A DNA stretch of 25,391 nt from positions 124,001 through 149,391 of the forward strand of contig ML992521.1 of the NCBI GenBank assembly GCA_010093995.1, read 5' to 3'. Made by a program: the position numbers and the translations under genes. The stretch's first letter is position 1. Every line of letters begins with the position of its first letter. The notes under the pieces were generated by a model. The model made no database searches. It saw nothing but the letters and a program-made list of their open reading frames with translations, and had not been told where the DNA came from. The stretch comes from Elsinoe ampelina (Eukaryota). Below, piece after piece: positions 1 to 10,393 of this stretch.

Positions 1-171
1 CGGGAGTGTGATAGGTAGGGCTTTCCTAAATCATGACTGACCTATTCTCCCTATACGGCCCTCTTATACTGTCACAACCCATCTTTTTCCCATTCCTCTA
101 CCATTGAACTGCGTTCCAAGCTCCATTGTTCGAGAGCTCAGCATTCTTCACCTCGTTCTCCATCAGTAGTC

Positions 172-2301
172 ATGACACAAATTTACGACAACCTCAGCCA
201 TCTACCAAAAGTTCCAACAGTGCCTTCCAGCAATACCTTGTCAATCAAACCAGAGACCTCAGCATTTGATACCGACTGGTCGTCATACTCAAGCACCAAC
301 TCGTCTTTCCATGGGCAAGCATTGCTCGACTTTGCCCAACATGGCCCTCAAGCATATCGACCACGAGAGCCGTTACATCCACCGATTGCAGACATCCGAC
401 GAAAGCAGCTCATGAGATGCACACGACTGACCGATGAAGAATACAATGCCCGAGCAAGCAATTTATTCAGAGACTTCTTAGGATGCCCGGGCTTTCTCAA
501 CTACCGAACGAGGAGGAAGAAGAGGAAGGAAGACTCTGTTTGGCCTGACTACCTGGAATTTGCATTCTTTACAGTAGGGCTCTCAGGTCATATCTCATAG
601 CCGACACTGAACATCCCAGGCACTCGTGCGATATCCGCCTTGTGGTCGGACTCAATTTTCACATCCCGACATCAATGGTGGGAAGAAGATGGTATGTCGA
701 CCTTGACTGTGATGCCAAGTGATCGTTTCTGATGTACGAAGGGCCGAAACGAGCTTATAGGTCACTACATCAAGGTCACGACTGGAGTAGAGAGGCACAG
801 GAAGCAGGTGTCGAGTCATCTACAGGTCATTCGACCCTACGTGGTGGATAAGCCAGCATGTATGACCGCCTCGCATGACCAACGAGTATCTTTACTAACG
901 ATGACAGTACTTGGCTCTCTCATCTCTCAAAAGGACCTGCCAAGTTGGAATAAAGCTCAACAGCTGAAAGGCCGTCCAATCGGGGTGCTCACCAACCAGC
1001 GTATCAGCTCACACGTAGAGCCAATCGTCGGCTCCCTCGCAGACTTTGGTACTCAGATGCACGGCTTGACCTTCGAAGACAATCGCTCCGAAGGTTTGGC
1101 CCTCTGCGACTTCCAAATGTCTCTCTGCCCCGAGACAAACCCCACCGCCCTCCTTCACACCTACACCTGCACCAACGCCGACAGCCGCCTCCCCGACGTC
1201 AAAATCGAAAACTACCGCACCGCCTACGAGCTCTTCCCCGAGCTCTTCCAAAACCGCTTTCCCCGCCCCATCGGCTCCTCGATCCTCGCAATCGAAGCCT
1301 CCTTCTCCCTCCCACGCCTCCTCAAAACCCCTTCCGGCACCGAACTCGTCATCTACCTGCACCTCATCGGACCCTCCCTCCCCCACCCCGCCGTCGTCGA
1401 GACCACCACCACCTTCTGCCTCGGCCCTCACGTATCCGAATTCAACCGCAGCTTCGAAGGCAAACTCGTCCCCCACCCGTCCTGCCCCCCCGGCTCCTCC
1501 GTCTACCAAATCCCCTTCCACTCCAAACACTGGGCCACGCACCTCTCGCGTCTCGGACAGATCCACTCGCGCTCCCTCGACCCCTCCCGCCCTCCAACCC
1601 AAGCGGCTCAGATGCGCAAGAAAATCGACACCGAACTGCGCTCGCTCACCGCCCTGCAGCAAGTCACCATCTCCTCCCCTCAAGCGCGGGACGTGAAACA
1701 CAACGTCACGCTGAGGTGGCAGTTTCGCTTGTCCGCCAATAACGCCACCGGTGCGCCGGGCACGTTGAATTGGCGCCAGGTGGGCATCCCGCCGATCTTG
1801 ACGGAGCTGCCGAGTCCCAGCGAGGAAGGGGGCGCGGGGAGTTTTTCTAGTGGCGAGGGGAGGGGGAGTGAGCCTGCTACGCCCCCGGCAGGGGGGGAGG
1901 TGATGGTTGCGGCAGGAGGAGGGGCAGGGGCAGGGGCGTTGAGGAGTCCGATTGCGTTGAGGGGTGAGGGGTGGGGGGATGTGGGTAAGCAGGAGGTGGC
2001 GGGGTATGAGCCGTTTGATGCGATGGGGGAGGGGGGGATGGATATGGCGTATTTGCCGGAGGTGGATCTGGGGATGGTAGGGGTGGAGGAGGGGACGTTT
2101 GATTTTGCGGACTTTGGTTGTGGGATGGGGAGTGGGACGGTGCAGCAGGGGGTGGTGGTGGACCCGAGTTTGGTCGGGGAGGGGTGGGATGTGGTTTCGT
2201 CTGGAGTGGGGTTGGGGTTGGCGATGGAGTCCGGGGCGCAGCAGAGGCAGTATGGGTGGATGACGGAGATGGGGGAGGCAGGGGAGGGGATGTCTGGGTG
2301 A
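172..2301 (+). CDS. TEA/ATTS-domain transcription factor (AbaA/Tec1-like), 4 exons
   Basis: Exons 172-573, 620-691, 742-859, 908-2301. Introns are GTAGGG..CAG, GTATGT..AAG and GTATGA..CTAAC..CAG. The spliced product reads VWPDYLEFAFFTALVRYPPCGR...[33 protein letters not shown], the TEA-domain signature (VW..E..F..AL...GRNELI..YI...TG..R.RKQVSSH.QV). The C-terminus is acidic and Gly-rich. AbaA versus another TEA paralog cannot be decided here. Confidence 0.9.
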
Positions 2302-2463
2302 TATGGCATGAACGTGGATAGGTTGGAGACCTTGCTGAGATGGTAGAGCTTGATGGTACAACAGACTAATAGTAATCTTTCTTCACGATCTACTGAGCTT
2401 GTCTCCTTGCCACAGTCGCTCTATACCTATGACCTATCCTTGGCTTGACCACCTCGACCCTCA

Positions 2464-5448
2464 TTACTCCCACAAAGGCCTGACAACCTCCACCCCCCTC
2501 TCCACCACCGCTTGCACCCTGTCTTTGAACGACCTCGTCGCACATTCCACCTCCAGACTCTCCAACCACACCTTTGCCACCAATTTCTCCACCTTGACCT
2601 CCAACCCCGGCACCGGAATGCCAAGTCCATGCAACCTCTCCAACTCCCTGACCTCAGCAGCAGCGATCTTCTTCTGCCGTGCAATCTCATCGCCCTCGTC
2701 CCCGCTGATCAAATCGGCAGCCAACTTCGGCTTCTCAATCGGCGTCACCGCGTCACCACCAAAGTGTGATTCGAGGAACATGCACAACCTTGAGAGACGT
2801 TCTTGAGGCGAGAGGTGTGCGTGGAGATTCCGACGTTTAGAGTCCTGGCCGCGGGAGTGGGAGTGAGATCTGCTAGATTCTGTTCACGGTCAGTTCCGCA
2901 CGCATACGTATCGCAGGGGTGGACTCACGCTTGACAGCTGCAGGGCTGCTCTCCACGGTCAGCAGAACGGCCATGACGGCGTCGGCGATGCTGTCGTTGT
3001 GCACGTTGCCTTGCCATTCGACTGCGATTTCGCCTTGGGGTTTCAGGACGACGTTGACGGACCCCATGACTTCGTAGGTCAGCTCGTCTCTGCGGTCGAT
3101 TTCTTCGTCGGCGTCTTCCATTTTGACGTCTTTCTTAGTGACGCCGTTTGTTTCGCTGCCGTGGACTGTGATGCTGCCGAATGTACCCTCTAGTGCCCAC
3201 TTGATGAGGTCTGGTCCGGCGGCGCTCAGAGTGAGTCGCTGCCTGCATTGGATTGTCGTGGTCGTTAGTCCGGCGTACTCCTTGAGATCTTCCGGCGCCA
3301 TGAGGCTGAGCTTAAAGTCATTCTGAACTAGCACGCCGCTTACGATCTGCTCATCGTCGTTGGATATCTTTGGCTTCTTCTCGTCAGAGCCATTCTCGTC
3401 TCCTGATGAGGGAGGTGATGGCAGCGCTGTCGGTAGCTGAATGCGATTCGCCAGCTGTCCAACCACCTTTGCGATCTTGTCGCGACGGAAGGGGATGCGG
3501 AGCTCCTCGCAATTGGCAGGTGAGAAGACCTTTGTGGGTACAGCTTTGTGGGCATTGAGTGAAAGCAGTTTCGATTTGAAGCGCATCATGTTGGTCTTCT
3601 CCCCGTGTACAAGGATCTGCATCATGTCAGTAACCGGAAAGCAGTCTCGGTGTCTGCTATACTCACCACCACAGGAGCATTGACTTCCTCGACGAATTCC
3701 CTATTCTCCGTACCATCTACGTGGGCCGCGAAACTGTACTCCTGCACAGTGCACCTTCTCGGCACCATTACCTTTTCTTCGCCTCCTCTCATCATTCCCT
3801 TCACCCCACTCTGCCTCGCTGTCATGGTCGCCTGAATGCTCTCCGGCTCTGTCATGATCAACCTCGCCATAGTGCCCTCGACACTGTAACCAGTGATGAT
3901 TACGCCATTTTTCGGATCCGGCGCCCACCTCTCCAACAGCGCTCTGCTGACTCCATTCTGCATCATGCCTGGACTCGCCAGCATTACGCAGCCACCAACG
4001 TCCTCGAATCGCTCGAGACTCTTCAATGAGCGGATGAAGCGGAAATCCCATGGTCCGCCACCTGAACCTGTTCCATCTGCCGCTTCAGCGAGCCGTTTCT
4101 GAAACATGTTCTTGATATTGTCGTTCATAGCATCGATGTACGTCTGGTATACGACCATACATTTCTTGGCCAGATTACTGGCATAGTAGATCGGATACTT
4201 CTGATACTCTTCGTGGCGAGCCCAGTAATCCTCCAGAATAAGAAGGAGTTCCTGCGCACGACCAATGGCGAAGACGGGCATGAGCACCCTCCCGCCGCGG
4301 TTCAGGACACCAGTGATGGATTTCAGGAGGGCAGTCTCGCGCTCGAGCCGGGGTACGTGAGAGGCCACGCCGAATGTAGACTCTGTGATGAGGACGTCGA
4401 CTTTTGTACCTTTGGGGACGGAGGCAGGTATCAGATGACGGTCGTACTCGCGAGAGTAGTCGCCGGTGAAGAGGATGGAGAGGCCAGCGATCTCGATAAG
4501 ATACATGGCTGCGCCGAGGACGTGACCAGCTGGGTAGGCCGTAAATCGGATTGAGGAGTGGGTGTGGGTTGCGTAGAAGGCCACCGTCTGAATCATAGGC
4601 AGCGTCGTCATGACATCTTCTTCGTTGAAGAGTGAAGAGGAGGTTTCGGACGAGGATTGTGTGTTCTGGACGCGGACCGAGTCTTGCATGAGCCATTTGT
4701 AGATGGCTTTGGTCGGATGCGTCATGTAGACTTTGCCCTTGAAATTGGTCTTTGCGAGGACGTAGGGTAAGGAGGCAGCATGATCCATGTGGAAACTGTA
4801 GAGTGGTCAGCAGCGTGATTGTGAAGACCGCTTTTGTGTAGCGAGGACCAGCATCGGAGCAAGAACAAAGCGCAGAGAGACAAGTGTAGAAATGATTGCA
4901 TTCATTTGGCTATGTACAGAAGATCTGCAAGAGGACACCTGCAGGACTTTTGCAACCGGTGTAGAACATTTGCCATAGGCTTCGTAGAAGCGAACGGAGA
5001 GGGGAGAGTGCGGGAAGATTTGCCAACGATGTGTCTGTTTGCGCTCCGATGCTGTCCTTACCTACCTGGTGACTTCAATATACGAAAAGGCGGTACTCAC
5101 TGTGTGATGAGAAGGATGTCGACCGTGCTGAGATCGTATTCGTCGTAAAAGGGAAGTGCAGCGAGTCCCTCGTAGGCTGGATGTATGCCTGCATCGAGCT
5201 GGGATCATCAGACAGATGGTATGATTCGAAATTGTCCTCAACGTACCATAACCGTCTTGCCCTTATAGCTAAGGATGTGACAGCTGCGTCCAACCTTTTG
5301 AAGTATGAGCGCTGTGTGCCTCAAGAACATTTCCAAGATTCCGTACCTCGTTTCCACCACCCAGAGCTGTGAAGAGAAGCTCATCGCTGGGGTCGATGGG
5401 GTCTTCCTCTTCGAGCGGAGCACTGTCGAGCTTGCGTTTTGTCGCCAT
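2464..5448 (-). CDS. YSH1: Pre-mRNA 3'-end endonuclease Ysh1/CPSF73 (metallo-beta-lactamase + beta-CASP), 6 exons, 826 aa
   Basis: Exons (minus) 5448-5347, 5294-5247, 5198-5101, 4795-3667, 3616-2929, 2879-2464 total 2481 nt, in frame. Motifs: [37 protein letters not shown] (HxHxDH), [41 protein letters not shown]. Confidence 0.96.
4796..5100 (-). other. Unusually long (305 nt) structured intron 3 of YSH1
   Basis: Donor GTGAGT at 5100, branch GCTGAC at 4811-4806, acceptor TACAG ending at 4796. Removing it restores the His codon CA|T of ITHFHMDH. It contains an inverted repeat at 4844-4860 / 5043-5058. Confidence 0.9.
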
Positions 5449-6024
5449 TGTGCCTTCTGCTCTTCCCTTCAAGCAATACTGGATCCCTGGATGTTTTCGT
5501 CGATCCCAGAGCCGTAGGCAATCTCCTGGCGAGGGATTACTACATGTAGCGCATCGTACTGTGTCGAAAGAGCACAGCTCGACGAATCGATAACGAGGGA
5601 TTATCGGATCTTTAGCTCTTCAGTCGCGTACAAGATTGCTGATGAAGGTTCGACACTGATCGATTGTGAAAGTCTGTGAAAAGGAATGTGAGAACACGAG
5701 TGGAGCTTCACCTACCTCGACAATAGAAGCGCACGGACCATTCGTTAGTCATCCGCGATTCTGCGACAGCTACTCCGTCTTTCACTCCTATCAATACCAC
5801 GCCCGAATCATTGGACAAGCCGTAGCGCTCAGAGTGACACTGTCCCCTCTTTTCGGCGCCGTCAGATTCACCTGGAACGAACTTTGGATCCCCAGGACCG
5901 CCATCGCGACGACTAGGCGATGTGGATGAACGGCACTTGAAAGTCTACTTTGCGGCCCGTGAGGCATCAGCTTCACAGAGTCATAACGAGCGGCTGCTTG
6001 TAGCAGCAACCTGTCGCCGTCGTC

Positions 6025-6066
6025 ATGTCACATCAGATGTCGCCGCCGCAGAGGCCTCAGCAGTTT

Positions 6067-6098
<32 letters not shown>

Positions 6099-7920
6099 CC
6101 CGTTTTCGCCTTTCCAGCAGCAACCGGCTCACTCTCCGCCTGGGATCGCACTCCCTCCAGCGAAACGACAAAGGCTTTCTCCTGGAGTTGGGTCACCGCA
6201 ATTATCAAACAGTCCATTTCCCGAGTCACCCTATGGACCGTACTCGGCACCGGCGGGAAGCCCGCCTCCTTTCAATGTTCCACAACCACATGCGTACAGC
6301 GCTTCTCCTCCCCCCACGGGAGTCATGGGACCACCTCCTCGACCGACGGCAGAGCAAAAAGCGGCCAAGGAAAAGGAGGAGAAGGAGAAGGTCACGGACA
6401 TTAGCGACATCAGCGATGCAATGTGGGGGTCTGGAGTGGATCTTAGGGAGGAAGAGAATTATTTGTCGAGCACGAATCGGACATTCTATGGCTCGCAGTC
6501 TTTCTCACAGTCCTTTGGCGACTCACAATCGACCATCGTCAGCCCGAACAATAGCTTTGGCGCACTGACGCAGAACTTGTCGGGGAGTCAGATACAGGGG
6601 AGTGGACCGATTTCGCAGCCACCATCGAGTATGGAGAGCGTGGAGGCCGAGATCGAGAGGAAGCACCGGGATGCGGCGATGAAATACGCGAAGGAACACG
6701 AGCACCATTTGCGAGATCCATTCTTGCTGGGCAACAGCTTACGGCACAAGATCCACCGCATCGCAGTGAATCAGGGTGTACACTTGGACGTGAGAGGTCT
6801 CTACGAGCCGCCAAAATCCGCGCCAAAGCCTCCACAAAGACCGCAAGGTGTCAATGGGGTATACTCAGTTGGGGACAAAGACACTGGCGTGGCAGCTATC
6901 CGAGCAGACAGCATACCAGAAACACAGCATGCCTTTATCGAAGAGAGCGCGAGATACGCCGATATCCTGTCATTGGTGTCATTGGCGGCGAACGAGCGAT
7001 TACGATCTGTCATTGACGACGCGCACAAGATTGCTCGCGGACGACAGCTGGGCAGTCACGGTGTCGTACCGCCAGATTTCGCAGACATAGCAACGGGTCA
7101 AGGGCAAAGGAGTGCCAGTGTGAAGCCTGAAAGTGTGGTTGGTTCTGCTTGGGACGCGGCGAAGACGCCACCAGCCTCCGCCGATGGTAAACGTGCGTAT
7201 TCTGTGCTTAAGGGCAAGGGTAAAGTACTGACGCGCATCGCAGAAGAGACCGCATCGTTCACTTCATCGCTTCCCTTGCATCTCTCAAATCTCGCAATCA
7301 GTGAGCACAAGGCCGAAGCCGCACGGATCAAACGTCGACAAGAACGTGCTGCGAAAGCGGCAGCTGCAGCTGCAGCGTCCACAGCTCCCGATGGCGAGAC
7401 AGCAATTCCCGGGGCATCGCCCTTGACACCAGCTCCTGGTACGCCAGCTCCAGCTACGCCAATCTCGAACGATAGTCCCGCAAACTCGATCGCTCCAGAC
7501 AAACCTCTCACGAAGAAAGAACGTGAGAAGATGGCCAAAGCAGGGCAGAGTGAGGCTGTCATGCATCGGGCCGCCAACTCCACCGCAGCCATGCAACTCG
7601 GTTTCGGCAAGAAAGCCAAGAAGTACAGCTGGATGACGGGCGGATCTGGTGCAGCTGCCCCCACCAATCCTTTCGCTAAGCCTTCGAAACCTTCGGGTGG
7701 AGAAAGCAAGAAGGAAGACAGAAGTGGCGAGGTCAACGGTGATGTCAAAAAAGAGAAGAAAGGTCTCGGCAAAGAACGCAAGTTTGGGGATTGGAGAGAG
7801 GATGGCGAGCAGGGCAAGGGTGTCCAGCTCAGAGATCTTGTTGCGGTCATGGAGAGGGATGGCAAGAGTAGACGGGCATTGGAGCTTGCTTGGTTGAAGC
7901 TCGAAAAGGAGGGACAGTAG
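6025..7920 (+). CDS. TAF4: TFIID subunit Taf4 (histone-fold TAF4 family)
   Basis: The ORF has DISDAMWGSGVDLREEENYL, a histone-fold-like segment ILSLVSLAANERLRSVIDDA, and the TAF4 C-terminal block HRAANSTAAMQLGFGKKAKKYSWMTGG...VQLRDLVAVMERD. There is a probable 51-nt in-frame intron at 7193-7243 (GTGCGT..CTGAC..CAG). Confidence 0.88.
6067..6096 (+). repeat. (CAG)10 microsatellite encoding poly-Q in the Taf4 N-terminus
   Basis: Ten uninterrupted CAG units, read directly from the sequence. Confidence 0.95.
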
Positions 7921-8587
7921 ATCCTGATATAGGAGTCGCATCAAGAGGGGCTCGCTCTGGTACTGAGCCTGGTCGGTGCTCTCACTCGTGGCGAAGTGTA
8001 TGCATAGCATAGCGTTGGAGTTTGGTCACAGGCCTGCGATGGGCGCACTATGTGCCGGCATGAAATGACAAGTAAAACATTCTCATGACACAGCTCCGTG
8101 TTCTTATGCCGGATTGTTAGCAGCCGATGATGATGGTTTCATGGCCAACATGAGCAGCGCTTTCGGACCCACACAGAAGCCGATCCGAACTGGGAAGGAG
8201 GGCGTTTGTCCTTCAGACAAACCTCCACTTCCTTCCGGGAATTCCTTTTCATCCAATTCCACCACACGCTGCCCGACATGTAAGCACATGCAGTAGAGAC
8301 TGACGTGGGCAATCCCACAGATGTATCCAAAGCTTACCTTTACTGTCGTTTCTCCCGGAATCATAGAGGATTGGTCACTTGTCAGGTCATTCTGCCGGAT
8401 CACGGCTCCACCACTACACTTACTTGCCGTCCAACACAATCCGCAACGACAAGGAAGCCGCTCATGTATGAGAACGAAGTCGAGGAATGAACATCACATG
8501 TAAGTCCGAAGGTCATGATGGACATATAGTTCAAGGTTTTCCTTTCCATTCCAATCAAAACATACATCACCCAACCAGGTCACAACC

Positions 8588-9007
8588 ATGATTCCTTCAC
8601 GCCTGATTCTGCTGGCCTTACTCGCATGCTTTGCCATCACCGCTCCACTCATACCAGGTCAACCCAAACTATCCTTAGCAATTCCCCAATCAGACAGGCA
8701 CAGTGCTGTCTCTTCATCATCTGGTAATTCAGCACCTGTCAATCCAGCATCTGTCAACTCAGCACCCGCGGCACCTGTAGCATCCGCAAATGGCGGGACA
8801 CAATTCCCTTCTCCCGCAGGTGTTGTGAAGGCAGACCAGCAAAGTCCAAGTCCTGCCCTCAGTTCGGCCGCCTCCTCAACCGCCTCCTCGGCCCCATTTT
8901 GGTCTCCCACATCGTCGGGGGCTTCAACGCCAGCGACGCCAGACTCGCCACCACCTCAACTCTTGGTCGGGCCGATGATGGACTCGCCGCTTCCGATGAT
9001 GCGATAG
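8588..9007 (+). CDS. Small secreted Ser/Pro/Ala-rich protein, paralog A (C-terminus possibly frameshifted; alternative end 9099)
   Basis: Start context CACAACCATG, signal-peptide-like MIPSRLILLALLACFAITAP, TATA-like CATATAG at 8523. Shares PKLS..IPQS and APAAPVASANGG..QFPS with paralog B. Confidence 0.7.
   Translation: MIPSRLILLALLACFAITAPLIPGQPKLSLAIPQSDRHSAVSSSSGNSAPVNPASVNSAPAAPVASANGGTQFPSPAGVVKADQQSPSPALSSAASSTASSAPFWSPTSSGASTPATPDSPPPQLLVGPMMDSPLPMMR
8726..8770 (+). repeat. 15-bp x3 in-frame tandem repeat (NSAPV/NPASV/NSAPA)
   Basis: AATTCAGCACCTGTC, AATCCAGCATCTGTC, AACTCAGCACCCGCG. Paralog B has a single equivalent unit. Confidence 0.8.
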
Positions 9008-9923
9008 CCTTTGCTCTCAACAGTAACGGCAGCATCGACAGGGTGCCTGGGATATCTGGCTGGCCAAAATGCCGTATGCGCACATTTACAGATGTATAGG
9101 AGCATTCGAGCCCTTGGACGCCGACTTCGCCATTGGGAAACATGCAAACGGCCTATAAGAGCTTCCGTGGTTGGGCGGGATATTTAACGGGAGCGCAAAT
9201 TGGACATCACTAACGTTATGATGGTTCCGTTGACGATCAAAGAAAAAATGTCCCTTCACTCTCTTTGCTCAATCAGCTTTGATACCTGATGGGCAATGAA
9301 AGTGTCAATTATGGTATGCAGTCCCGTCACTCTGTATGCCGCCAAAGCGCTCTCGGTTCTAGTATCCTTCTTCATCTGATTTATGCCCCTTCAAACAGTG
9401 CTCCCAGAAAGGCCATTCTACTTGAGCTAACAATGGCATCAGGCCAAGTGAACCGACAGACTGAATGGAGTAGGAACGCTGTTGTACGCAGGTAGTCGGC
9501 CTACTTGTGCGATTCCAAGGCGGGTATCTCCACAACCTCGGGCACATGGTCACGTGACGTCTCAAGGGTAGGAGCTTAACTTGCTCAAACATCCGTCTCT
9601 TTGTTAAAGAAGCACAGGTTGATGCCAAACAAGGTTGATGACATTGGCTTAACAATGATTCTTTCTCGTCTTCAGGATAGAATCTGAAGTTGAATGCGTA
9701 ATGAGAGTTCTAGAAGACTGGCCACTTGTCAGGCCCCCTGACCAACCACTTCTTAGTTCCTACACGTTTCCATCGCCCAACATCCTTCAGTAAAACTATC
9801 ATTTGTGCATATATGTTGTCCACAATATTGGTAGGTAACGTAAAGTCCAACAACTAAGTAGGCATATATGCCTCTCCTTCCTCTTTCATCACATCGACTA
9901 CAGATCTCTTCTCCCGCTCCACC

Positions 9924-10393
9924 ATGCTTCCCTCACGCCTGATATTCACTGTTTTGTCCCTACTCGTATACTTCACCATTGCCATTCCACTCAAGGAACC
10001 CCCACCAAAGCTGTCGGTACAAATCCCCAGTCAAATCAGAACAAACCTGGCAACACAGCTCCTGCAGCACCTGTCGCATCAGCAAACGGCGGATCACCAC
10101 AGTTCCCATCTGCCCAAGGCGTGAAAGACAAGCAAGACCCTGTCCCGAACTCAGCAGCGTCTTCGGCACCGTCCACGCCATCATCGGCGTCATCAACTTC
10201 ATCAGCAGGATCAACACCGGCGACAGACTATGCCCCTTCTCCGTCTCCGCTGACGGCATCGACAGCGTCGATGCCCGCCACACCCGCGACACCGATCAAA
10301 AATCATCCAGACAACGTTGCCTTCTCACGCGAAGATCAGGATGATATGACTCCAGTCAATTCAGCGGGTCCCTGGCAGTGGCGGAAGGTTTAA
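9924..10393 (+). pseudogene. Small secreted protein paralog B, interrupted by a 1-nt frameshift (pseudogene or sequence error)
   Basis: MLPSRLIFTVLSLLVYFTIAIP...PKLSVQIP lies in one frame. Homology to paralog A (PQS...GNTAPAAPVASANGGSPQFPS...STPAT) continues in the -1 frame to the stop at 10393. One extra C in the C4 run at 10025-10028 fuses the two. Confidence 0.75.

Noticed and set aside
1009..2361. 450-aa and 209-aa antisense ORFs over the TEA gene
   Set aside because: By-products of the extreme C/G codon skew, which removes stop codons; low-complexity translations with no recognisable motif.
4796..5100. Intronic snoRNA or TPP riboswitch in the YSH1 long intron
   Set aside because: I found no box C (RTGATGA), the only terminal CTGA is the branch site, there is no convincing H/ACA two-hairpin layout, and no TPP aptamer core. 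An Rfam scan is needed to exclude these fully.
4834..5148. 104-aa plus-strand ORF in the YSH1 intron
   Set aside because: Non-ATG start, antisense to YSH1, no coding features.
8104..8439. 111-aa minus-strand ORF downstream of TAF4
   Set aside because: Non-ATG start, no recognisable domain, and it overlaps the conserved promoter element of paralog A.
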